Positions 49,508 through 61,536 of a DNA stretch of 64,000 bases are shown piece by piece (positions within the stretch are counted from its first letter, which is position 1; every line of letters begins with the position of its first letter). The notes below the pieces were generated by a model. The model was given only the letters and a program-made list of their open reading frames with translations, did not search any database and had not been told where the DNA came from. This DNA is from Bispira polyomma (Eukaryota), in NCBI GenBank assembly GCA_965649765.1, contig OZ287753.1:28024001-28088000 (forward strand). Direction: 5' to 3'. The translations under genes were made by a program, and so were the position numbers.

Positions 49508-50473
49508 AGGAAAGAGTCCTCTGCAACAGTTACTCTAAAAAATGCAACTAAGAAGCTGCACCTGGCCTTCTGCAGATCAACCGACAAATCATATGCAGCC
49601 ATGTATAGGGTGTACTTAGCTTATGCCACATTCTCGGATCAGCCCGTTGATCAGGTGACAGTTATTGATCTTTTTGCATTTGTAGAATTGTTGCAGTATA
49701 ACTATTTATCTGCCATTTAAGGCTAAGTGTATTGTGTATAATGTACCAATTTGTGCCTTCAGTGACCCTCGTGTGGCCTATTATCAAAAAGCTGTGCAAT
49801 TAGCTGCCCCCCTCCATGTAAAACTTAAAAGATTATAGATATACCACTTTTGACCAGTATTGTGAGTACTTCCCTCACTACTTACATGGGCTTAATTTTT
49901 AAAGCACTTTATCTTGTCAGCTACTTCTCTTTTCTTAGGCTATCAAATTTAGTACCTCACTCCAGTGTTCAGTTCTCCCCTTTAAAACATCTAGCTAGGG
50001 AAGATGTTATGATTCACAGGAACAAAGCTGTCCTCCTTGTAAAATGGTCTAAAACAATGCAAAGAAACAACCAAATTAAGTTGATTACAATTCCACGACT
50101 GCTGGGTTCCCCCCTTTGCCCGGTGATGTCACTGGAGGACATCTTGGCTATTACCCCTTCTGAACCAAACGTCCCTTTATTTCAGTTTAAAGATAATACA
50201 AAATGGGTTCCCCTTACCAACACTCGGGTTCGTTTGCATTTCAAAAATGTACTTGCCAGGTTCCAACTAAAAGATTCTGGTCTCACCCTACACGCCTTCC
50301 GACGTTCGGGTGCCACGTTTGCTTTTAACCACAATGTTAGTATTGAAAATATCCAAAAACATTGCACTTGGATGTCGGACTGCGTGTGGAACTATGTCAC
50401 CGACTGGGTGGATGCTGGGCATCAGGTGGCTCATACATTCAGGCAACATCTCTCTACTACCTCCCCTTCTTAG
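49508..50473 (+). pseudogene. Tyrosine recombinase of element 2 (N-terminal half disrupted)
   Basis: FLRLSNL, KWSKT, LCPV, HAFRRSGA and HCTWMSDCVWNY. Confidence 0.92.
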
Positions 50474-50491
50474 ACTCCTACCTGGTGGGCT

Positions 50492-51078
50492 TGGGTGTTT
50501 GTAGTCAATTAGTCAACCTTAGTTTATATGTAACTTAAGTCATTAAGTAATATCCTTTGATTCAATGTACTGAGATGGTAGTAATGTACAGTGTTGTCTG
50601 CACATTACAACTAGTTCTTTAACTTAGTAGTATTTGCATGTTACAACAATTACTTTAACTTATCTTCTTAACTTACTCTTAACTTAAAATAGTTAACTTT
50701 GCAATAGAGGTTAGTAACACTATTTAAGTGCAACTCCTAAAATTTAACTCTCTCAGTTCAAAAAACTACGGTCACCTTATTTTTGTAATTAGCCTACGGG
50801 CTGTGTAAATTTCTATTAACAGTAACCTATATCAGGTGACCTTACCCTTTATTAGAATCATGGTACGTAAAATATTTATTATTATTTAAGTGACCTTAAG
50901 TCACCGAATTGGTAATTGGTTCAACTTTAGTTAAGGTCACCTTAACTCTTTCGTATTAAAACTTTTTTTTATATTTTAACACTTATACTAACAATAAAAT
51001 AAATATCTTACTGCATTCTGTTGTTATACTTATCTTGCCTTCTTGACCTCTGACCTCTGGCCTGTCACGCGGGGAAAT
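50492..51078 (+). repeat. Element 2 repeat B1
   Basis: Near-copy of 51720-52303; AATAAA near the 3' end. Confidence 0.93.
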
Positions 51079-51079
51079 G

Positions 51080-51244
51080 TGGTGGGCTGACGCCTATGTG
51101 ACAGCCCCCTCAGTTCTGGTGGCAGGTCACTGGGGGGGCCAATTAGGCCACCTGGGGTCACGGGGGCAAGTATAAAAGCATTTGTCGCCAACAGTCGCCA
51201 TCATTATTTTAAAAGCATTTGATAGATAAGGAGTGTTTTACAAC
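51080..51244 (+). repeat. Element 2 repeat A2
   Basis: Copy of A1; retains the TATA box (gtataaaa ~51169-51176). Confidence 0.93.
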
Positions 51245-51510
51245 CCACCATGTACCCTCCCATTTACCAGCTTGTTGTAGTTTCAGAATGCAGTTCACCA
51301 TGGCTTCCACAGTTAACAGTGACAACAGTACCCTTATGGTATAGCTAGCTGCTTGTACTCTGGTGGTCTAGATCCTCGATATTCATGTTAGGTAGGGTGC
51401 TATTTTGCTTAGCCATGCAAGGGACCCAGGATTTAGCTAGAAGGATCTCTGTAAATAACCTAGTCAACATGGTTTATCACTAGATAAGGCTTAAGGTGAA
51501 GCACATGGAC
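51245..51510 (+). ncRNA. Candidate structured RNA in the A2-B2 spacer of element 2
   Basis: Stems ttcacc/ggtgaa, catggct/agccatg and agtaccct/agggtgct plus a crossing helix; blocks shared with the element 1 spacer. Confidence 0.55.
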
Positions 51511-51719
51511 TGTCCGGATTTTAAACGAAGCAGACATTTACGTTAATCAGTTTTAATTCTTTTAACTTTACACTTATACGTACTAATAATTATCTATTGT
51601 AACTATTTTACTTGTAACTGTTTTATATTGCTTACCTGCACGTGAGCGCTTTTCTGTTATCCTATGAAGTATTTTAATTACAGTATTTTTATGCGGTTGA
51701 TCCACTAGCTGTTTTGTAG

Positions 51720-52303
51720 TGGGTGTTTGTAGTCAACTAGCCAACCTTAGTTTATATGTAATTTAAGTCATTAAGTATTATCCTTTGATTCAATGTACTG
51801 AGATGGTAATAATGTACAGTGTACAACTCGTACTTTAACTTAGTAGTATTTGCATGTTGCAACGATTACTTTAACTTATCTTCTTAACTTACTCTTAACT
51901 TAAGTAGTAGAGGCTAGTAACACTATTTAAGTGCAAATCCTAAAATTTAACTCTCTCAGTTTAAAAAACTAAGGTCACCTTAATTTGGTAATAAGCCTAC
52001 GGGCTGTGTAAATTTATATTAACAGTAAGCTATATAAGGTGACCTTACCCTTTATTAGAATCTTGGTACATAAAATATTTATTATTATTTAAGTGACCTT
52101 AAGTCTCCAAATTGGTAATTGGTTCAACTTTAGTTAAGGTCACCTTAACTCTTTCGTATTAAACTTAGTATAACCTTAAGTCATCTTGCATATAGTAGTT
52201 TTAACACTTAGACTAACAATAAAATAAATATTTTACCGTATTCTGTTGTTATACTTATCTTGCCTTCTTGACCTCTGACCTCTGGCCTGTCACGCGGGGA
52301 AAT
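51720..52303 (+). repeat. Element 2 terminal repeat B2
   Basis: Near-copy of B1; ends cgcggggaaat. Confidence 0.93.
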
Positions 52304-52326
52304 TAGTAGTTTTTGGCAATACTTAT

Positions 52327-52570
52327 GGGTGAGGGCAACTCTGGACGTAGGGAAACTTTGGACGTAGGGATATTCTAGAAGCTATAAACAAACACGTAGC
52401 AATGTTCAATTAAGAACGCTAAAACCCCAAAAATTATAAAAAAAATATTTAACTGATCATGAATGATCAGTTCAATACTTTTTAACTAGTTTTCTTTTGT
52501 CATATTTCATTTTTGCAGCATGTTCGCTTATAGCTTCTAGAATTACTCTACGACCAGAATTGCCATCATC
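52327..52570. mobile_element. MITE with TIRs
   Basis: ggtgagggcaactctggacgtag / ctacgaccagaattgccatcatc plus the sub-terminal inverted repeat ttctagaagctata / tatagcttctagaa. Confidence 0.7.
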
Positions 52571-53599
52571 TGTGTACCTTGTCTTAGCCCAAACCATCAA
52601 ATACTATGATTGCCTGAGCAAAGTATTTATGATACATCAGAGGGTGAACACCATTTCTTGCACTTTATACATGGATTATGTCAGTATTGGATTGTAATAT
52701 ATATTTGTAACGTGCTGTATTTATGCGAGGCATCTTCTAAAGCCCCAACAACCGAATCAATACACCCAAAACATAATATCTTCAAAAATAAAATATTTAG
52801 GAAATAATAAGGTTAATGTAATACCCTGGATTAAATCAAAACTCGGAATTAAAGTCCATTTAAAAAAATCTGTCAAAATCTTAGATCAAAACTTTTGGCC
52901 ACTAACTTTTATCTTGATAATTACGACACAATATATTTTTTCAAATGATCGAAAAACTAAGATCTTAACATATATCATTTACAAAAAATAGCTAAAACCA
53001 AATATTTTGAACAGGGAATGTTGTGCAAAGTGAATAATAACTTTGAGGGATTTAAATGAAAATGGTTGACATGTCATGCTATCTTGCTATATATACGTGT
53101 GTGTGTTTGTAGATGTACCTAGTTAATTTGAACCTTTGCTCTTTTCTAATGTAATTAAATAACTGTATGAAAAATTACTAATCTGAAGGTAGTTAAATGA
53201 CTATATTGGAAATTATTAATGTGAATGTGTTTTTGTTGTTGTTTTTTTCATTGAGGTTAAATTTGTGTCATATTTCTGTTTGATATCAAAAACAGCAAAA
53301 ATAAAAAAGGGTTATAATAATTTGCTCACAACCTTAAGGAGACAAAAGTAGTAGTTTTAGTACAATCCAGCTGGAAACCCAATTGCTTATATATTAAATC
53401 ACCTGACACAAGGACACAAAGAAAATGAAAAGGAAAAGAGGCCTTCCCGCCAATCAATGTGCAAATGTCGTCTGCTTCTGACTGATAGCTCATGATTGAA
53501 TCATATGATTTCTCACATTTTGGCCCTTATTATTTCTTCCCCAGATTAAATAGGAGATAAGGCCCCTACTAGTCACCCTCTTGGTGGCTCTTTATGTGA

Positions 53600-53850
53600 G
53601 CCTGAATTTGCTTTATATTTCCTTTGGCTACAAGCAGCCAACCTGCAGTGCCTGACTTTAAGTTTTTACTAAAAATAAAATATGGTTTGACCAGCTTCGG
53701 CCTGAATTTGCTTGGTATTTGCTTTGCTACTATCTGTCAAACTACAGTGTATGACTTGAAGTTTTTACTAAAACTAAAATATACAGTAAGTTTATGCTTG
53801 AATTGGTTTGTTTTTTGCTTTCCAACCACCTGACTTTTAACTTTTTACGC
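53600..53850. repeat. Degenerate ~100-bp tandem repeat, ~2.5 units
   Basis: tgaatttgctt...tgactt.aagtttttacta recurs. Confidence 0.6.
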
Positions 53851-55889
53851 AAATATATAGGAAGTATTTTTTCTATATCGAATGTATTATAGTAAAGATA
53901 GCTAATGTTTTTCATATAGATCTAAATATATTGGTTTATTGAATGAGTACAATTTCTAGATCCCATATACACTAAATGTTTTTTAAGCTGAGATACAGCG
54001 TTTAAGCTTCAGGATGTTTTTTGTTTTTTTTTTTTGTTTTCTATCTCATATTTGCTATCTCACATTACTTGGGGCTGGTGGTTGGTTCTCTTTGATGTGT
54101 CTTCTGTGAATGTATCTATTGCATGTTAAGTAGATTTAGATGGACATTTGGGGATTTGTTTGTAAGTTAAGTGGACATGGGTCAGTGGACATTCCACTTT
54201 TATCTCGATGTAGTAAATGGTTTATGTAGGGTGGAAATGGAAGGAGAAACAATGGTAAAAAGGGTAGGGTAGATATTTTCAAGTGATGAGTAAAATCACT
54301 CTTGTTTATTTTGGAGAGCATTGAGTTTGAAAGGGATTATTAATATAACATTTAAATATGTTAGTCGATTATTATTGCAAAAACAAACACTCAAGTTCCT
54401 GACAATAAAAATATGCATAATATATCATATTAAATGAGTGGTAGTGGCATAAAAAGGTGTTGCATCACATATATATGTTACATGGCAGTCATGAAATAAG
54501 AAAATATGAGACAACAACTAGAATGATGATATATCACGAATATTGTCACTAACCATAGATATATGCAGTTTTTACTTATTATGCTTGCAAAGATTTTAAT
54601 AATTAAGGTGTTTTAATGACTGGCATATTTAAAATGTTGATTATCTTATTAAATCCAGCAGCTTTCTGCAATAAAGTGTATTGATAGATTTTATTCCTTT
54701 TCATAAAGTGTGTTTATGCTTCCAGCATCACATGTACAAAACAACAATCAAAATAAGGCCATGTCCTAAATAAGTTATGTGTGACAAATTCCTATCGCAA
54801 TTATCACCATTTGAGACAAATATCAGTTATTTATTCACTCATTGTTGATATCATTGATAAATGTAACGACCTATTTTTTATATTTGGCCCAAGCACTTTA
54901 TAGTTATTAAATTGTCCTATTCAAATCAATGGATATAATACCATGTTGTGTTCACGATCAGGATAGAGGGCAATCTATTTACAGTCACACTTGAAACTGT
55001 TAAAGACAGTCAGTCAACTACCACCTCTATAATAAGTAATCGACTATTTTCAGGGAGAAAGTATTGCACACATACCACGTGACAACAACACAAAGTCATC
55101 ATCTATAAAATGCAAATCCACACTAAAACTCACTTTTAATCTCAGAAACTGAACCCAGGATATAATTGCATATTTTGTCATATACATTGAATGAATACAA
55201 AGACTCTAAAGTCCCCAAACATTACTTGTTGTTTTCTCTATTCAATATTTTCAATCATTTTTTTCATTGTTTAATCTCCCTTGGGCTGTATTAAACTGGG
55301 TCCCACAGTGGTGTGGCAGGGAGACTTTGATTTGGGTTGTTTTTTTTTAATATGACTACATCATCAGAGAGATAAGCATGTCTACAAGATCGAGTTGACC
55401 AAAAAGGCCAGAACACATCAGAACGGGGTCCTAATAACAAGAAGCCCTGAAATCAAGCTCAATAAGGAAGGAATTAATCAGACTATCTATTTTCCTATAA
55501 ACTCTGCCACCACACTGCCAGCAAAAACCACCAACCAGCCCCCACTTGTCCCTCCCACATTTCTTCCGCCCTCCCACTTCTACTCCAGTCTCAGTTGTCT
55601 GTTTTATCCCCCCCCCCGGGTTTTCCCCTTACTCCACTCACTGTTAAGTTGTTGGGACTGCTTTAGGAAGTTGAAACATCAAAGAAGTAACAAAAAAATA
55701 TAATCTACTAAAGCTGCAGATACACCTACTGGTATGAAGTGGGATCAGGAATATAAATGTATGACAAACATTTAGTGACTCAAGGATGTTTATTACTGAA
55801 TATTACAGTTGTTTTTTGTTGTTGTTATGGTGAAAAACATCTGTTTTTATAGCAAATAATCCAAATCAGTTTAACGGAATGTTAATCTT

Positions 55890-56430
55890 GTCTAGCATGG
55901 TTAGAAATGGGGTATCCAGATTTTGGCTGCGGTGAGGTGTGGATATGAATCCTTGTTCATTCCTTCATGTTTGAACATTTTACCGGGTACTTGCCATAGA
56001 TGGTGGTTTACAGCGCTTCAGCACTGGTTTCTTCCGCCTTTAAATCTGTTCTTCGTGATATAACCCAAGTGACTTAAAACCCAACTAATTATTCAAAAGT
56101 GTAGATAAAACACATAGTATGCAAGCTCCTTCTAGAAATCCACTTTACCAGAGCTCTAGAAAACAATTTTAATTCTTTTAAACCCACTGGATACTTAAAT
56201 AGTCGATCCTCGTTCGCTACAGATTTGATAACTATATTAATACAAATCAGTGCATTGTTGGGACTTCATCATAAGATCCACAACAAAGAAAAATGCAACA
56301 GATTCATTCTTCATGTGAGAAAGTTTGTCAGGCACTTGCCGGTGGCCAGCATTGGTTTCCCCCACCACTAATCCTGGCCGTGGCAATATGACCAAAGCTG
56401 TTGAACTTGACGTAAAACCCAAATAAATAC
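55890..56430 (+). mobile_element. Two degenerate SINE copies (~55890-56090 and ~56300-56430) with a Meta/MESC-like central domain
   Basis: catgtgagaaagtttgtcagg.acttgcc...ggtttcc.ccacca...gctgttgaa...gacgtaaaaccc resembles mollusc SINE bodies as I recall them. Confidence 0.6.
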
Positions 56431-58160
56431 ACTTAATACAAAGAGATATGCCCAGTTTGCTGCTTAATATGTCATTTACCCCTAGTTTGTTTTAGATATT
56501 GGTAGTTTTAAAGCATACATGACCCAACTAGTCTTACTTATGTAAATTTTGGGAGGATGTGTTCCTGCTTTAAAGATGCAGTCTCAATGGAGCTAATGAT
56601 AACTCATAGAGGGGAAATGTATCAAATGCAAGCTAGCACTTTTTTTAGTAAATTTGATTTTGAGAAGAGAAAGGAGGTACAGGGGGAGGAGGGGGGGGGG
56701 GTTTAGTCCCAGCAAAGAGTAGATTGATGATAAATGGAGAAGTTGAAGACCATTTTGGTGAGAGAAAAAATGCCCCCTGTAGAAAAGCTAGGTGAACACA
56801 TGATTGGTTGACTGAATATGTCCAAACTGATTTGTGCTAGATTTTGTCATGTTTCTCATTATATTCTGTATTCCCTGAAAAGGGAAAGTTGTTGTCTGCT
56901 AAGTCTCATTAACTGATTGCATAATGTTGTATTTTTCCTCTGTTTACCAAAAAAATGTAATTTTTGAATTTAAAAAAAAAAAATTTGCAATGATTTATTG
57001 GCAATGTAGTAGTTCTGTGTAGTAGTGAGTCAAATTAGTTCTAATATAAACAAATACCAATAAACATAAGGTTTTGTACAGTTCTGTGTATGTGTGTACA
57101 TGGACTTTAACCCTTTTGATAAGACATTCTGTATTAGCCTGTATCAGAGAATTTTGCCATAGTACAGACTACTACCAACAAGGGCATATGCCATGACAAT
57201 TGCAGTAATGCGTGATAATCCTGCTATAAGGGCTGACTGAAATTTACAAAGTACTTTCAATGGTTTATTTGGTTGATGGCCACTAATATTTTTGCAACTG
57301 CCACATGTGAACCATCAGACACGATGAAATGGTAGATTCTACACTTAATGTATGGCATGATCATGGGAACTTTGAATACAGAGTAATTTGATTATAGTAT
57401 TATTATTATTATTATTATTTTACCTGTGGTCAAGTTTGTGGTTCATTTGAATTCATTTACTTTATGTTTCAAATGATTTTAATTTGCTACAAAAACAAGT
57501 ACCATGGCCATACTAACAGTTTTAGAAAAATATAATGTCACATTTAAAAAAAGTTTAACCTGTCAGATTTACTTCTGTAAGTAAAGTTTATAAATAGGTT
57601 GATAAAGTATATATCAACAAAACAACCTGTATCAAAGTTTTTGTCATTCTTACGGATACAATGCTGAGGTAAATAATAAAAATATAGTGAATGAAATTTA
57701 ATTTTCAAATAAAATTTTAATATACCAGATGTAGCATGGGATGAAAATATGTAGCATCAATTAGTATCTTGGGATGCTACAGTCTAATTTTATTAATAGA
57801 TGCTAATGGAGATGGAAATAAAAGATAAAGAATTAATGTTATTTATCCTTGTGATAGCCTGTCATTTTGTGGGGCAATTCTGCCACTATATGAATAATCT
57901 GTTACAGCGAAGACACTACATCACTTTGGGACTAAAATACATTACATGTCATACATACAATTACATCACATCTTCACTCATACCAAATAAATTATTTTTG
58001 TTGGGTTTTTTTTTTCTCTTTAACATGGAATTACAGTATAATTACAAAAAAGTATATGTCAACTTAAGTTTAGATACCTTCTCCACAGATATAAACTTCT
58101 GCTTTTCCTGAAGATTGATTGGATGAATATCAAAACTTGCCACAATATGCAACAGATCAA

Positions 58161-58583
58161 TAGTGCTATCACACTGTCGAAGTTCTCGTCCCGATGCTGG
58201 CTGTTTATACCCAACTATTAGAACTTGGCAGATTGTGTTGTTGTTATGTTTTGACCAGTTTATGCCAGTTTGCGTCCCGGCGGCATCCTGTTTATACCAA
58301 TTTTAACCTCGACTACAAGTTTTCTCAGGACCACACATTATGCTAGGTTCTCACAAGTTCATACCCAGGTCATACTCCGATCATGGCTCTTTCTCACCCT
58401 TTCTCATCCTCACAATCCATCTAGAAGTTCCAGCTCTACCTCCCATTCTCTTTGTTCACCCTGGATCACATCAGTTCTTTACACAGTTTATGCCCAGATG
58501 TCAAACGCTTATCTAAGAGCACACAGGTTCTCAGAAAGTGACTCGAACGGGTCCAGAGAACATGATAGTGTGAAGGCCCCATA
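58161..58583. mobile_element. Non-autonomous DNA transposon / MITE (Harbinger-like ends)
   Basis: Imperfect TIRs tgctatcacactgtcg / catgatagtgtgaaggcccc; GC-richer than the flanks. Confidence 0.45.
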
Positions 58584-59926
58584 AGGACAAGAGCCCCTAG
58601 TGGCCCTGGTTTAAACTTTTTAAACACATAAGGCATTTTAAACAACAAATAATGGCATTAATCAACCTTTTTATTTATAAACCAATGTACCTGCATTTGT
58701 AAAGCTACCAGTGACATAGCCCTGTAATATAAACAATATCTCATATTGAGTAGGCTCAATATGTCAAACTTTTTTTGAAAAAGTACTGCCATATTTTAAC
58801 AACAACAAAATGAAATATCGATGAATGGTAATTTCTGATGTATGTCACGACCCTATTAGTAGATTTATAACCTCAATAAATACACCAAATGGCATCATGA
58901 TGTATAGACACGAACCTGTCAGTTTATGCTCTCATAGTTGTTACTGAATGTGACAGTTGGCAAAAATAAAGTGATAATTGATAGACTGATCCACCTTGAT
59001 AAATAATATTAAATAAGTGCAACCAATAAGTACATCTTTGGCATCAAATGAAACCGAAAAGGGAAGTAAAACTGCGTAATAATTGCTTAAAACATTGTTG
59101 AAAATCATAATTTTATTTAATCTATGAAATCCGAGTTTTGTCTCTACTTAATCATTACAACCTAACTGTAGATAATTATGCAATTTATATAGTGAAATTA
59201 TTTTCAAAGTTTTACAAATTTATTTAAATTTATTATAATAACTTATTAATTAAACTTTGCAGTTTTGTGGTCTAATGTAAATAAAATAATATATAAGAAT
59301 TATAGTAGCTTAGTATCCAATCTATTACTTTTTAGGTGCTTCAAATATCCCTCAATCAGCCAGCCAAATGATCATATCCTGCTCTTTGGCTTTGTCACCA
59401 GCTGTCCTGACTTATTCAGAATCAATATTACAAAAAGGCTGTGTGTTCTTTAATTTCTCCTCACTCCTTGGATGTCAATGAAAATTACATAAATATGTAT
59501 TTTATGTATTAGATTTTTTAAAAATCCATCATGACTTAGTGATAATAAAAAAAGTATCATCTTATCTAAAAAAAGAAAAGGTGAACAAAACTGTAAATTA
59601 TGACCCATTAGGCAGTATGGCAGTGTCATTTACCTTTTACAGCTAGAGCTGATAGCTACCATTTTCTGGGTACATTTTTTCCCCTCATGATTTTGAAAGC
59701 TAACGCCTCCAGCGTTAGTGGCCTCAGTTCTGGGGTACCAGGCTGTCCACTACTATGGGATGGATGGGCGAGTATATAAGCCATCCCCCTTTCAAATTCT
59801 CCCGCCTTTTATCGTTTGTCAGCAGAAGCACTAGGAAAATTTAAATACTGTTTGGGTGACAAAGAGTGTTTTATGTCTATACTGTTTATTTGGTTTTAGT
59901 ATTTTAGTTCAATATACACTCAAGTC

Positions 59927-60960
59927 ATGCCAGGTAAAAAGACTGTGTTTTGTCCGAAGTGTTTGCAAAAACATGAGAGACCTGTTGGAAGAAACTGTTC
60001 AGTTAATATGCCTGATATCTCGGGTGAGGGGGTGGAAGTTGATGCTGGCTCCCATGAGGACTCGCTGGTTCATCCGAACGAGGCTGTATCTAGCGCTATA
60101 CTACAGCAGTTGCAATCTCTCAGCCAGGTAGTGGAGAGGATGGATCAGCGAGTCCAGCAGACGGAGGCAGCGTTGGCAGCTAACCTCACCAGTAGTAAGG
60201 CAAGTAGTACCGTTACTTCTAGTATCACTCCTAGTGTTTCTAAAGATTTAGTCTCTGCTGACGAAGGTAAAAGCCCACCTACTGGCCCGGATATTGTCGT
60301 TCCGAGTGTCGAATTTTTAAGTCAGAACGCTCAGATTCAGTTGCAAGTAGAACAGAGGTTAAAAGAACTCCGGTCTCTTAATGAAATTCCCTCAGGTAAA
60401 ATTAAGTCTCAGAGAACTGGGGGGAACGAGGTTAATGTAAAAAAGGCGGTCGAATGGCCCCAGAATTATGTGCTGACTGGCAAGACTCGCCCTAGTTATG
60501 ACGACTTAACCCTCGTACAATGGGTTTGTGGCGTCACCCGGATCGCTCACGAGGAGAAGTCGATTGAAATTAAGAACGCTATGCTAGATTACATGAGTGG
60601 CCTCATGGAGGACGCCCAAGATTTTTCGTGGGAGGCAGCGAAGGCCTGCCACATGGTAGTCCTGACAAATATGGAGATGGACAAGTTCGGGTGGTTGGAT
60701 GTCGAGAAGGTCGACCGGATCTGCAGGGCACACGCCCAACGCCATGTAGGTGTGTCCAGATCTTCTCATGGGGCGAATGGCCGTGCTGGTAGCACTGGCA
60801 GTAGTAAAACTAGTCAGAAAAAGTCAACACCTTGCAGGTTCTTTCAAGAAGGAACTTGCAAGTTCTCTAACTCACATAATACAGGTGGGCAAATGTACAG
60901 GCATGGTTGTGAAACTTGAGGAAGACCAGTATGTGTAGCAAAAAGGAGGCAAAATACTGA
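59927..60960 (+). CDS. gag-like ORF1 of element 3 (open to 60919; probable original end ...CSKKEAKY* at 60960 after a small deletion)
   Basis: N-terminal C-x2-C-x3-H-x7-C; coiled-coil-like segment; EWPQN, SYDDL, DAQDFSW and CRFFQEGTC. Confidence 0.9.
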
Positions 60961-60984
60961 GGGGCCACTGCTTGGATGCGGTGG
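60951..60984 (+). promoter_or_regulatory. Putative -1 frameshift signal with mutated heptamer (A_AAA_TAC) plus hairpin
   Basis: Same position and context as in element 2 (ACTGAGGGGCCACTG identical); stem ccactgc/gcggtgg. Confidence 0.6.
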
Positions 60985-61536
60985 ACAGAAAGGTTAAAAA
61001 ATTTAAGGTTGTAAATAGAACTGTTTATGGCACAGGCTTTAAAGATTTTCATTTGTTTGAGGAAAATGTGTATCAGAAAATGTGTAAATATATGAAGGTC
61101 AAAAGGCCGAATGTTAGCTATAGTGAGGCTTTACTGCTAGTACCAGAAAATCAATGTTTGTATATAATACAGGGCATACAGGAAATCTGAGGTATAAGGG
61201 TGAAGTTCACAGGTTTAGCTCTGGGGAGGTGAAACAAAAGGGCAGGTTTTGCCAACCACAAAAGTTTGGCAGAGCTGAACTCAATAATAATGTTGACACC
61301 TCTGCTGCCACATCTATTCAAATGTTTAAAAAGTTAACACCGGTAATTGGTACCTCCATTCAAGTGGCTAAGAAGGTGACACCTATTGTGAAGCGACCCC
61401 CATGCACAAAGCACCAGAGCGTGGAGACAAAAGGTGTTAGAATATCGATTCAGAGGGGGGCGAAAAGAGCCGCGTCAATAAAGCTCACTGTGGCCTTCAG
61501 CTTAACAATCGGTTTTCCGCGTTAACACAAATACCT
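60957..61536 (+). pseudogene. N-terminal extension of pol, element 3 (two frameshifts)
   Basis: LRGHC...FKDFHLF and NRFSAL match element 2 LRGHC...FSDFKLF and NRFA*L. Confidence 0.65.

Larger units (their letters stand above)
45602..52303 (+). mobile_element. Full-length decayed Ngaro/PAT-type YR retrotransposon, element 2
   Basis: A1 45602-45764, B1 50492-51078, A2 51080-51244, B2 51720-52303; fragmented gag, RT/RNase H and YR. Confidence 0.95.

Noticed and set aside
51380-51445. Resemblance of the spacer RNA to a dicistrovirus IGR IRES, RNase P/MRP or a group I core
   Set aside because: Only short word matches, not shared by both elements, and the required partner strands are absent
53395-53500. 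Possible minus-strand exon or splice acceptor (long pyrimidine tract plus CAG); similar weak signals at ~2425, ~40535 and ~55445
   Set aside because: No convincing open frame with a matching donor; cannot be supported without transcripts
1345-59453. Remaining 60-110 aa ORFs in AT-rich sequence outside the elements
   Set aside because: Low-complexity, mostly non-ATG starts, no recognisable domains; expected by chance
60917-60919. TGA at the second Cys of the gag C-terminal CxxC in both element 3 and element 2 (46745-46747): selenocysteine or conserved readthrough?
   Set aside because: In element 3 the TGA sits at an apparent deletion breakpoint, element 2 is heavily mutated, element 1 has Cys, and no SECIS was recognised; coincidence is more likely. 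A family consensus would settle it.
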